Shown in pieces: positions 26,991-39,455 of a stretch of 64,000 nt of DNA (the stretch's first letter is position 1; the number at the start of each line of letters is the position of its first letter). The translations under genes and the position numbers were made by a program. The notes below the pieces were generated by a model. That model saw nothing but the letters and a program-made list of their open reading frames with translations, had not been told where the DNA came from and made no database searches. Source of the stretch: Rhynchobatus australiae (Eukaryota); contig JAUZTB010000107.1 of NCBI GenBank assembly GCA_034780895.1, positions 28,813,743 through 28,877,742 on the forward strand. Direction: 5' to 3'.

Positions 26991-29389
26991 TTTCTTTTTC
27001 TTTGAATGCTGAGCTTTTCTTTCAATGAATTGTTTTAATTCTGTAGAGTTCTAAGATTATCATGTATTAAACATTGTTTTTCCCTTACTTCTAGTTTACT
27101 TCAGCTCACAAAGTCCCAGACTCCAAACAATTAGCAGCAGATGCTTCAAATATTGAACAGCTTGAAACAAGACTGAGACAGGAAGTTGGAGGAGAGAATT
27201 TGGCACCACCTGCTGAGCAGAAACTGAGTGGGTGGGCTGTTAGATTCACCCTTGTCATTTAATCTTCCTGATGCTGAAGGATGTAGATTTCAGTATTCAA
27301 CTTAGCAAGAGCATCCACTAAAAGCTGGTAGGGTTTATTTTTGTATGTGCCTTGGCTCACGGGAGTGGAATTATTGCTTGGGTGAAAGCTTTGGTGGCCT
27401 TCCTGCCAGATAAATCATGCCATGAATGCCCATACAGGTACCCAAGTTCAGAAGGAGTTCAAGGCTTCCCATGTTGTGAACCTCCCACTATATCATGATC
27501 AGAAGACCCCTGATGGCAATCCCAACAACTGATCCCACAACCTATTGATCACTGAATAACTTCAAGGTGCACTGCTGCTTTCCTGTTGGAACTGATCAGA
27601 ACTCAATTGATGAGATTTAAATGAATACTGGCATTTACAACATCTCTACTCATCTGGCTAAAACCTTCCCAGATAAAATTTAACATTCAATGCCAAATTT
27701 TATCTGGTTGATCAATGTACTGGTGTGGACATAGTGGAAAAGACTCAAAAATGACTAACGTAAATAGTACTAGACCTTCAAACTGTTTAAATATTTAGAA
27801 CTCAGTTAAATCTTATTGCAAGGAAATGAAGACAGTTGTGAGGAAATTACACCATATTTAATGAGAACTATCAAGTTCTGTACTTACTTACCTTAAGACA
27901 AATTTATACTGAGATGTAGCAGTATAGAGTAATAGAGAAATTGACCTCTATTGTACTCACTGGTATGAAACAGGCACAATCAAGACCAGATTTAGGACCA
28001 ATTATTATTTTCCAAATGATGCCTGAAAGATACCCATCATAATTGCGGGATGAACCATTTTCAGGCATCCTTGATAGCTGCCCAAAACAGATGTTGGTTT
28101 CTTTACATTTATAACTGAGAAGCCTAATGCCTATGTGTACCAACTCCGGGGAATTGTAACACAGGGGGAATCCAGCCTCTTTAGCAGCAGGCACACTATA
28201 AACAAATTGCTGCTGTGTGCAGAAATGCTCCCACAATTCCACAACATGTTGAATAATGATCATGTTAATGAGCCCTAAGACCTAATTTCAGTCTAGTTTC
28301 TGGTTTGGACGTGTGGTGTCTGAAACTGGCAATGCATCAAAATGGGCCATAACCATTTCCTAGAGAGCTCAAAAAGTTGTTCTTGTCCTACTAAGTGGAA
28401 TCATCTAATTACACAGTCCATAGGCAACCAATTAGTTAATCAAAAACTTCACTTAACCTAGCCATTCAATCGCAAGAATCTTTATCCTATTAAAAAGTTC
28501 AAACACATTTTATTTTCTGTTTAGGTACTAATTGGACAAACTCTACCCGTCAGATTACTGATCAGTTACCAGAACAGCACTTCAATCCTTTCTCTAATTC
28601 TACATGTTATCAACTACCAAGTGCTGTTCATCTGAACTCTCCCCAGCATTTGCCTCTATTCCTTAAGAAAATGTCCCTAGCTTTACGTGATTTTACTTTC
28701 TTTTGCTGCTTTTAATAATTTGCAGTTCTTCTGTTTTAGAAATTTACATGCCATTGCATTTTAGGTATTTTTATTCTTTTGTAAGTGGAACCGATTCAAC
28801 ATTTCTTTGCTAAGTGTCATTTAATAACATTTTGGAAGGAATTCTTTTCCGGTAAGGATGACTTCACAGATTTCTTTTAAACTGGAAATGGATTGACAGG
28901 TTTGTTGAGTGAGTGTTAAGAAAATAAAAGTTAGGATAATCAATGTGGAGAAATGATGAACAGTTGTCATCAACAACATTTTACATCTATAAAATGCCTT
29001 TAATGTAGTAAAACAACCTAAAATGCTTCTTAAAGAACAAAGGACTCGTATTCTGGGAATGGGAAGTCTCATGATTGTATTTCTGGGATGAATGTTATTG
29101 CAAGGAGAATATTTCCTCGACAGACAGCACAGTTAATCTGCACACAGCTGAATCTTTTGTACCTTCGATCCTGATTTAGGCAAAGGAATACACAGGTGTA
29201 TCATGCTCAGCAATGAAATATGCTTCAGCAAGGTTAATAAAAGATATGAAAAAATGAGACTCAAGGAATTTGAATAAGGATACATCATCATTTTCAAACC
29301 ATCTTTCCTCCTCCCACCCATACAAAGGCACAGCAATGAGTGCAGAACATCAGACCACCTACTACATTAACTGCTTTCTTCACATTAGA

Positions 29390-30120
29390 AACATATTGCA
29401 TCTTTCTTCATGGCACCTTTTATGACCGCAAGATGTCATACAGTTATAAAGTCATAGAGCATGGAAACAGACCCTTCAGCTAGTCCATGCCAACTAAGGC
29501 ACCCATCTAAGCCAGTCCCATTTGCCTGCATTTGGCCCACATCCCTTGAAACCTTTCATATGTATTTACCTGTTCAAATGTCTTTTAAATGATGTTAATG
29601 TACCTTCCTCAACTAGCCCATTCATAAGCGGTGTTACCTTGAGTAAAATGTCCCAAAGTATTTTATAAGTACTTATGAACTGTGGTCACAAACATTCTAC
29701 AGGGAAAAGTCATTTTTGCAGATACAGATAATCTGTTTTACTGATGTTGAATAGGAACAAATATTGGCCAGGACTCTTGACAGAACTCGGCTTCACTGAA
29801 TCCCTTAATGAGATCTCATGCTGTCATCTCAGGAGAACAGATGGTAACTCTGCTTAACATTCTTTGAGAACCATTTCTTATCTCATCTGAAAGACAGCAT
29901 CTCTAATAACCATCTCNNNNNNNNNNNNNNNNNNNNNNNNNNNNNNNNNNNNNNNNNNNNNNNNNNNNNNNNNNNNNNNNNNNNNNNNNNNNNNNNNNNN
30001 NNNNNNNNNNNNNNNNGACAGCATCTCTAATAACCATCTCAGTACTTACGTATTCAGGTCTCTGGACTGCAACTTGAATTTGCGTCCTTACTCAGAGGAA
30101 GTGAGTTATGATTGAGCCAA
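29390..30120 (-). mobile_element. Deu-domain SINE with a CR1-type tail fragment inserted at about 29445-29620
   Basis: 'aaatattggccaggactc...tctcatctgaaagacagcatctc' is the reverse-complement Deu core; the insert begins 'gtcatagagcatggaaacagacccttcagc'. Confidence 0.6.
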
Positions 30121-32429
30121 GAACCCATCATTGCCACTTAGTTCTGAGCCACAAGATTTATATTTTAAACTATTCATGCTAATAAAACTTCAAAAGAGAC
30201 ATCAATTCGGAAAATCTAATGCCGTTAAAGAGAAGAGCAAGTGGTGCAAAAACAGATCTTCCTTTGAGCAGTGGGTTTACTTGTGATCAGAAAATGACAA
30301 TGAGTTATGATACCAATGTTTTAAAAGAATATGCATGGAAGGACAAGAATACATCTTCAAGCTCATTTCTATTAGTACAACTTACGTCACCATAGACCTT
30401 ATTCGAATAATCGTAACAAATGAAAATTGAGGACATTAAAACTATATCAGCTTTTCTTTTCAACCTCCAAAGATGTTTGAATGAAACTGCAGGACAGGAA
30501 GCTAACATTACAATGTAATCTCTTCTGCCTGATAAATGACAATGATGATTTCTTCCATGGGTCCAGCTATGTGTCAAGGGTCCAGTAATAATATCAGTGA
30601 AAACATATGGGAGGACAAATTAGTTTTTGATTTCTAAACTCCTGTGAGAGTGTCAGCCGCCAGCTGTACTCACCACTCAGACTTTGGTTCCAATGATTTC
30701 AAAAGAATTGAACGTCCGGAGGAGAGTCTAACCTGCAGCTGATGCTCTTGTTTTCATTTACCATGAGTGAGCAAAGGTTAATTTCTCCTCATAACCTTTA
30801 GTCCTACATTTCGTAAAATAATTTTGCAGTAATTTTTGTACAATTGTTGCTGGGAATACATGATATTGAGAGGAGAAAATTCTTCTGAACTTGTCTTCGC
30901 TGTAACTCATGAATTTTGTAACAGTTCCTCTAGTGCAGTTTAATAACTTTCTTTTAACTATATAATCCATTGCTCTCTTAGCAGCTCAAGGAACTGAATT
31001 ATGTTATCTCAAGTCTTTCTTTTCCAAAAGGACATAAAATCTGTTTAATAATTTCAAGATTTATGCCCTGAATCCTTCTNNNNNNNNNNNNNNNNNNNNN
31101 NNNNNNNNNNNNNNNNNNNNNNNNNNNNNNNNNNNNNNNNNNNNNNNNNNNNNNNNNNNNNNNNNNNNNNNNNNNNNNNTCTACATTATTTTCTCGAGAT
31201 ATGGACAATGCATCAATATCATTTAGATGCTAATATATCCAAAAGGTGTTCAAAGAGCTCTAAACATAACTGAATTATTGACCATTGCAGGGTTAACTGA
31301 TATATTTGAACAATTGGAGTCCATCAATAGGCAACTCGATACTTAACTAGCTATGGAAGTAATAACTTCATTTGATTAAGTATATTCAGGGAATCATTAA
31401 TAATTAAAACCAATTTGTTCTTCCTTCATTTTTGCTAATGGACAGCTGTTTTTCTGTACAATGCTTTGTATTTCCTTTATTGATTTGAATTATAATTATC
31501 TCACTACAGTATACCAGTTGTTCTTGGCCAGTCCTGTTTAATTTGTCAAGATCCTTTCGTAAGTTACATGTCTCCATTACACAAGCCAGTTAAACACATT
31601 AGCAAATCCAAGATCACTATAATACCATTAAAAATCAATAATAGGGCAAATCTTCCACTAAGACCCATGTCAGGTCTACAAGCCAATATGTCCATTACTG
31701 GGCAATTGTAGAACAGAGGCTGTAGCTCAGCCTTCCACTTAGCAGAACACCTCCCATGGGACATCCACATGGTGTCCAAATGGGTAAAGTGAATTTGCGC
31801 AGATTTCCCACCTCTCGAGCTGGGAAATCTGCCTGCTGAAGTCATGCCAGGTTAACCTGGCACAAGTACAGTAATCCTGGTGTATCCTCAAAGGGCCATT
31901 GCAGAAATTCTCTAATCATAGCTCCACAAACCCTTTCCTTTCATTTTCCAGGTCAGTTTTAAATCCACTTATCTAATTTCCCATTAATCCTCTTTATCGT
32001 AATCGTCCTCAGTATGAACCATAGAGCCAATAACTTGCAGACAGCACAGTCTGATATACAGAACACAGTTCCAGATGTCTGAAAGCATAGAAACCCACCA
32101 TCAAGTCACAGAGTTCAGTGTAATGGTTTATGATTTTTAATCTAGATTTTCTCTTGGACTCGGCAGCCCAAAGCAATGCCTGAATGAGCCATCACTTCTT
32201 ATGTCCTGAAGTACATCTTTATATCTACATAATTTATAGACAGTCCCAAATTAAAATTGAATTTCACCCCAACTCTCTCCAAACCTGTGTACTCAAATTA
32301 TTCATCACAATTTACATGTCAGCAGCAGCAAAGATTGAGTGCTTGCTGTATCTAGGCAGCGCAGAATAGTTAGAGCTGGAGAATCATGCCTGACATAGTA
32401 AAATAAAAGCAGACATACGTCAATTCAAA

Positions 32430-33195
32430 AGCAAAAATATTGTTTATGACAGAAATTGGAAATATAAAATGAAAATGCGCAAAGACTCACATCAGACGGC
32501 ATCCACAGCAAGGCTCGGAGTTGGTCCAGTTGAGGACAAGGGAAGGGTGGAAGCTCTTCTTATTCTTGTCATTTCCCATTTCACCACCCTCCATAATTCT
32601 CTGGATCATCCTTAGTTATTTTTGCCAAACCTTTATCTCCCCTGTTGGTAATCAGAAGGAACTGTTCCCTCCATGGTCTATTAGTCCTTTCTGCCAATAT
32701 CTTTCTACCTCCCCCACAGCATCTCCCTGTGCAAACACAGGAGATGCAACACTAGTCCTTTTACTTTCTAACTTATTACTATCCAAGCTTGCAAATGTTC
32801 CTTCAAGGTAAGAGGCATTTCTTTCAACTTAGTGTACTGTGTTTGTTGCCCATGATGCAATGTCCTCTACATTTCAAAAACCTGATACAAATCTGATAAG
32901 TGTTTTATCGAACATTTGTTTTGGTCTGCTTGCAAACATAAACTGTTACCAATTTATTTCTCTTTCCCACTCCCAACTACTTCTCTAGTCAAAGCAAGAT
33001 ATGGCAGATGGTGGGAATCTAATACAATAACTGAAAATGGTGGAAATATTCAGTAAATCAGGACAGCATCTGAGAGAGAGAGAGAATAGTGAATTAAAAG
33101 GCCTTTGACCTGAAATGTTAACTCTGTCAGTCTTCACTAAATACTGCTTGACCTGCTGAGTTGTCCCCAAAATGTTCTGTTTCTATTTCTGATCT
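32430..33195 (+). mobile_element. Decayed Penelope-like element with GIY-YIG remnant and inverted termini
   Basis: 32730: CKHRRCNTSPF (Zn-knuckle-like). 32826-32918: NLVYCVCCP*CNVLYISKT*YKSDKCFIEHL (GIY-YIG-like). Terminal repeats at 32430-32510 (reverse), 32990-33095 (reverse) and 33105-33195 (forward). Confidence 0.75.
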
Positions 33196-34224
33196 CTCTG
33201 TCCCTTGCCTCTTGTGCCATTTGAGGTAAGTTGATACAAGCTTGAGGAACAGTACACGATCTTTGAATTTTGCACATTACTGTCTTCTGCACTTGAACTT
33301 GCTTATAGGAAACATAGCTCATCACACATTCACAGTTAATACTTGGATTAAATTAACTGTACACTAAAGGAGCATTTAATTTACAAGCAATTGCACCCTA
33401 AAGAGTAGGAATCAAACCTATTATTTTACATTTTAAAAAAAACTGAGGAGTCAGGACATCCAAGGAAAATCATTAAAATCATGGAAATGCTAGGGAAAAG
33501 AAAAGCCTTGAGAAAATGTCTGTAAACTATTTAAAATAGAAGACAAAAGTTTTTAGTGAATTATTTAAATCAAGCAATTATTGGAAAATAAACAGCATTA
33601 GGGATAACAAAATGAAATTTTGAAAATCAATTATCTACTAAAATGAAACACATGGTACTTACATTATGAGCTTAATTAAGCGGAACATTTTTTGTACTTA
33701 TCCATTATGGAAAATCATAATTTCCTTAAACGATCAGATTGAAGATTGTGAAAGTAACTTCAGAAGGGCTGAGAGAGAAATTTGTTAGAAATGGGGAAGC
33801 TAACTTTTAGATCGGATTTAGAAAGAGCAAGGATTAACAAGAAATGAATTTTNNNNNNNNNNNNNNNNNNNNNNNNNNNNNNNNNNNNNNNNNNNNNNNN
33901 NNNNNNNNNNNNNNNNNNNNNNNNNNNNNNNNNNNNNNNNNNNNNNNNNNNNNNNNNNNNNNNNNNNNNNNNNNNNNNNNNNNNNNNNNNNNNNNNNNNN
34001 NNNNNNNNNNNNNNNNNNNNNNNNNNNNNNNNNNNNNNNNNNNNNNNNNNNNNNNNNNNNNNNNNNNNNNNNNNNNNNTGAGTAAGCAATAAGTGCCTTT
34101 ACTCAGCATTACTTTGAAACAAAAAGCTGGGCAGATTGCTTTGAACACCAGTTTCTAAGAGATTAAAAATCTTGAGGCATTTTATCATAATTTAAACAAG
34201 CTAATTCAATTCATTAGATGCCAA

Positions 34225-34635
34225 CCTTGGTTCGGTGGAAACTCCACCACCATTTTGTTTCAGAAGTGGAAAAAGTCCCTCTCCAGAGTACATGATCTAA
34301 GCTGACACAAAACAGTATTAGACCAGTATAACAGCATCAGTGGTGCTGCCTTTCAAATGAGACATAAAGTGAAACTTTTCCTACTCTCGGAAGTGTAGAT
34401 AAAAGTCAGTATGGCTTCACTTCAAATTTCTCCGTGTTGTCCTGTCAACATTCATCTTTCCACCAATATCATTAAAAAAGGCCACCATCGCATTGCCACA
34501 TATGGGATGTCATCAGTGCAAAATGGTGTTGCAACAGTAATCACACTTCAAGAAGTATTTAATTAACTATGATTCTGGAATGTCATGAGACTGTGAAAAG
34601 CTGCATGTACATAAATGCACATGGTCTTCCTTTTA
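34225..34635 (+). mobile_element. Deu-domain SINE, near full length
   Basis: 'tctaagctgacac...ggtgctgcctttcaaatgagacataaa...cacacttcaagaagtatttaatt...tgtgaaaagc...ataaatgca'. Confidence 0.65.
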
Positions 34636-35879
34636 TGGTTACTACTAACATTTACTGGTAGAATGAACACAAAGTGATGCTCTTTCATATCCTTAGCAGA
34701 AATTTTAATCATGAAAGGAGATTGGATTTTCCAGATCACTTTGAAAGATGTTCTATATCAAGGATTCTCCATTTAAAATAATTGTATATGGTGCTGCTTG
34801 AAAGATGGCCTAATCTGGTAAACCTCATGGTTCATTATGATTGACTGTCATTCTAGTAAACTGATGTCAGGATATTAATTCCACTTTTTGAATTTTGAAA
34901 ACTTTTGAAGACAATGTCTTTACACACTGATAAATTGAAATTAGTTTTTTGAAAGATTTATAATCCAATGAGGATGAGTGACTGGGAAGAACAGGAATTA
35001 AATATGACATTGTCTTGTTCTACTGTTCTTAGCGAGGTTGTACTGCCTTACATCNNNNNNNNNNNNNNNNNNNNNNNNNNNNNNNNNNNNNNNNNNNNNN
35101 NNNNNNNNNNNNNNNNNNNNNNNNNNNNNNNNNNNNNNNNNNNNNNNNNNNNNNNNNNNNNNNNNNNNNNNNNNNNNNNNNNNNNNNNNNNNNNNNNNNN
35201 NNNNNNNNNNNNNNNNNNNNNNNNNNNNNNNNNNNNNNNNNNNNNNNNNNNNNNNNNNNNNNNNNNNNNNNNNNNNNNNNNNNNNNNNNNNNNNNNNNNN
35301 NNNNNNNNNNNNNNNNNNNNNNNNNNNNNNNNNNNNNNNNNNNNNNNNNNNNNNNNNNNNNNNNNNNNNNNNNNTTTTCCATGGCATAGCATAGTTATGC
35401 AACAGATTTGAAGCCAGAAACTGAAACCTCTCTGAAACTTCATAGAAAGTGCTCCAAAACCTAAATGAAACAAAAGGCTAGAGTTTGTTGGATGCCAAGT
35501 CATCATACTGAGATATTTACAATATATATCAGTATAATTCCAGGAAATTTTGCTGCAGCCCACTTATCATATTACTTGGATAACATCATAATTTCAAAGT
35601 GCAAAGAATAGTATGGATTCTGGGGATTGGCATAGATATTAAAACAGCAAAGAGTGAAAAAATAAAGGAAAATTGCAAAAATTAAATGTGATACAAAATA
35701 CGAGAGATAACAAGATCAATGCAAAATGTTTTGGAATTATATTGGAAGGAAAAAAGAATGGGTTTAATTTAGGCCCTTTAAAAACAAAAGTGGGAGACGG
35801 CAAACGTTATCAAGAAAATGTTACTAGAAAAACACTTTGCTAAATGTATACAAATTCCCCAGCAACTGATGATTTCCAG

Positions 35880-36665
35880 AACCAAAATCAGGTTTATTAT
35901 TACTGACTTGTATGTCATGAAATTTGTTGTTTTGCAGCAGCAGTACAGTGCAAAGACATAAATATTTCTATAAATTATAAAATAAATAAATAATGCGCAA
36001 AAAAAGAGGAATAATGAAGTAGTGTGCAGGAGTTCATGAAACATTCAGAAATCTGATAACGGAGGGGAAGACACTGTTCCTGAATCATTGACTGTGGGTC
36101 TTCAGGCTCTTGTACCTCGTCCCCAATAGTAGTAACGAGAAGAGGGCACGTCCTGGATTGTGAGGGTTCTTAGTGATTGATGCCACCTTCTTGAGGGACT
36201 GCCTCTTGAAGATGTCCTCGATGGTGGGGAGGGTTGTGCCTGTGATGGAGCTGGCTGAGTCTACAACCCTCTGTAGCCTCTTGCAATCCTGTGCATTGGA
36301 GCCTCCATACCAAGGAGTGATGCAACCTGCACCATACATCAATAGAAATTTGCAAGAGTCTTTGGTGACATAATAATTCTCCTCAAGCTCCTAATGGAGT
36401 AGAGCCGTTGGCATGCCTTCCTTGTGATTGCAACAATGGGTTGGGCCCAAGATAGATCCTCTGAGATGTTGATGCCCAGAAACCTGAAGCTGCTCACCCT
36501 TTTCAATGGCTGACCTCTCATTAAGGACTGGTGTGTGCTCTCCTGACTTCTAGTTCCTGGAGTCCACAATCAATTCCTTGGTCTTGCTGACGTTGAGTGC
36601 GAGGTTGTTGTTGAGACACCACTCATCCAGCCGAACTCTGTCTTTCCTGTATCCCTCCACATCGC
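35880..36665 (-). mobile_element. Rex1/Babar-clade LINE, 5'-truncated, relatively young
   Basis: WCLNNNLALNVSKTKELIVD, FRFLGINISEDLSW...RKACQRLY and CITPWYGG...KRLQRVV...LPTIEDIF in frameshifted ORFs, plus 3' UTR. Confidence 0.85.
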
Positions 36666-39220
36666 CAAGTGTTGATTTTAAATAAAGTAGGTAAGGAAAT
36701 TACAGAAGCTTTAGCCTTTATCTGCCAAAGGTACTTTAATGCAGATATTGTCCATTTAGAATGGATAATTGCAAATATCAGTGCATTAAGTAAAGATGAG
36801 AGAAAGATGGTAGGAAATTATGTCCCTCCTGTTCAATAATGGTTTTGGGAAGCTACTGAATTTTATAATTAAGGACAGAGTTACTGAAAAGTCAGAAATA
36901 TAAGCTGAGTAATAGAAGCTTATTTTGTAAAGAGTAGAACAGGATACACTCATGTAATGGTTAAATTATTGGACTAATAGCCAGAGGTCTAGATCTTGAA
37001 ACTAGATTTTGACTTCCATCATAGCAACTGGTAAATTTAAAAATTCAAGTCATTAATAAACTGAAATAAAATGCTGGTATCAATAACACTAACCATGAAG
37101 TTACCAGATTATTAAAAAAAATTCATCTGGTTCACCAGTGTCATTTTGGGATAAAAATCTGCCATCTTTACCTGACTTGCCCTTAACTGCCCCCTGAAAT
37201 GGCCTCACAATTCAGGGAGCAACTAAGGATGAACAAGAAATGCCAATCTTGTCAATGACCTTCACATTCTGTGAATAAATAATTTAAAATAACTTCAAAC
37301 AAAACTAATTGAATTTTAGGGAAGTGTCTGAATTAGTGGACGGGAAAACTGTTTATGGATATAGGTTATATGAACTATGAGACGACAATTAGGAAGTTAA
37401 AAGAAAATTGTTAGTGTAATTCATGCACATTCAAACTGAGAGAAAATGACGAGTAGAGTTCCATAAGGATCTGTACTCAAGCCTTCTTCAGCATTTTTAT
37501 TAATAACATAAAATGTTAAGACGCTTCATATATCCAAGCTTGCTAATGATAGATTGGGGGTAAGATCGATTGCCCTAAAAATGTGTGTGGGAACCATTAA
37601 ATTGTATTAGGCTGTGCCTGTCGTTCCAGTTAATTGCTTGCCAGCTAATATGTTTGTCATGTACAGCCACTGCTAACTGTGCAGTTGAGTGATTGTACAT
37701 TGTGTGAGGCAAACTCTATTTAAAGCTAGTTTGCAAATCTCAAAGCTGCCTGCAATGCATAAAGTGGAGGTACATTTTGACTGAATAAGTTAGCAGATTC
37801 TGTGATTATCTTTAAATCCTTACACTGATAATATTTAACTCTCTCGTCCTCAGAGGCTCATGAAGGAGAATTGCTCCCTAAGCACTGTGGGTAGATATGG
37901 CTTCCTGTNNNNNNNNNNTCATCGCAGTCAATCTCTGCTCCAAGGGGAGGCCTTCTTATATATTCATGACTGGGAGCAACTGTTTCATGCAAAAGTCTTA
38001 AAGTCCTTCAGTACCTCACACACCCTCCTATTAACCTTGAGCAATTTTAAAGAGCCCAAAAAAGACAAAACACTTATTGAACTGTAACAGAGCCCAATCA
38101 GCAACTAACCTGAAACTGGATGATGGCCCCTACAGATTGTACTGATGGAGGTCCTTCNNNNNNNNNNNNNNNNNNNNNNNNNNNNNNNNNNNNNNNNNNN
38201 NNNNNNNNNNNNNNNNNNNNNNNNNNNNNNNNNNNNNNNNNNNNNNNNNNNNNNNNNACTGATGGAGGTCCTTCCTGCTGTTAACCGCTCATGAAAAAGA
38301 GAGAGTAAGGCAATCGAACATCAAATCAGCACAGCATACTGGTTGCCTTCATGATCTGTTCACTGTGCACAGTGCATGAATAACTTCACCAATAACCGGG
38401 CACAAATTGTTCCATAAATATTCTCCTGTGCATCATTCAACATTTTACCAAGAATACCTAAGAACAACGCGTTAGATTTGAGCTTTGTGCTGAAAAGATT
38501 TGTGGCACAAAGGTAGTGCTAATAGGAGCATAAAATTACAAGCAGACATTGATGGATTAATTGCCAGAAAAACTGGCAGATGAATTCCAGCAGAGACAGG
38601 CGTGAGGTCATCCATTTTGGATAAAAAATACTGAGAATAGAGGCATTTTTATATGATTCAAGCTCAAAGGCTAGAATATAAAGGGAAGGAAATTTTGCTA
38701 CAGTTATTCAAAAGATTGGTTAGATCCATACTGGAGGACCATTCAGTTCTGGGTAGGACATCTTAGTGCTACATAAAGGAGTTCGAATGAATGAAAGCAA
38801 ATACTGCATTTGTCTTACTGTCTCCTTTTCAAAATATGCAGAGCAGACAGATCACAATTCCAATCAACATGCTGAATATGCCACATGCAGGGGTAGGATG
38901 GAGTGCAACTCAGATTCATCACCAAGGTTCCTGTGACTCCAATGATTTTGTTAAGAGTAGATACAATGTATTCTTGTTTTCCCTGCAATATGGAATGTTG
39001 AGGATTTAATGGAGGCAAAAAAAAAGGAAAAGTTTGGATAGGTAGAGAGAGGCTTTTACTGCTGTTGGTGAAAATAAGCTTGAAACCATTGCCAGGCCAT
39101 TCAGGGAGAATCGAAGATACATTTTGCGAAGGTGATGGAAGTGTGCATTTCTCACCCACAAGCAAAACTACTGATGTTAGTTTAATTAATTATTTTAAAT
39201 TTTGGATTGATTAGGTTGTT
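36666..39220 (+). mobile_element. Old fragmented CR1 LINE (begins left of the Rex1 insert; discontinuous)
   Basis: ILNKVGKEITEALA, EWIIANI, RVP*GSVL, ISKLAND and EILLQLFKRLVRSILE remnants in collinear order. Confidence 0.6.
36950..37285 (+). mobile_element. tRNA-derived SINE (family not assigned) nested in CR1
   Basis: 'ctggttcaccagtgtcattttggga...aatctgccatctttacctg...cttaactgccccctgaaatggcct' core with a LINE-like tail. Confidence 0.6.
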
Positions 39221-39244
39221 TTCTTGCCAAACTTATTATGAAAC

Positions 39245-39455
39245 CAAAAACAATATGCTGCATTTGGTGGACATCTGAAGTAGAAACCAAAAATGCTCGA
39301 AGCTCTCAGCAGGTCAAGCAGCTCTGGAGAGAAACAGAGCAGACATTTTACAGCAATAACCTTTCATCGTGTGTTCAGATGAAAGTCTATTGATCTGAAA
39401 ACTTAATGTTATTTCTTTCCATATATCCTGCCTGACCTGCTGAGCACTTCCAAAA
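39245..39455. mobile_element. Palindromic pair of Penelope-like termini
   Basis: Left arm 'ctcagcaggtcaagcagc', right arm 'cctgcctgacctgctgag', centre 'ctttcatc-gtgtgttca-gatgaaag'. Confidence 0.7.

Noticed and set aside
39372-39410. Other hammerhead-like copies (15815, 33105, 39372, 43100, 43550, 43748)
   Set aside because: The core boxes are mutated or missing, so they are not called as ribozymes, only as PLE remnants.
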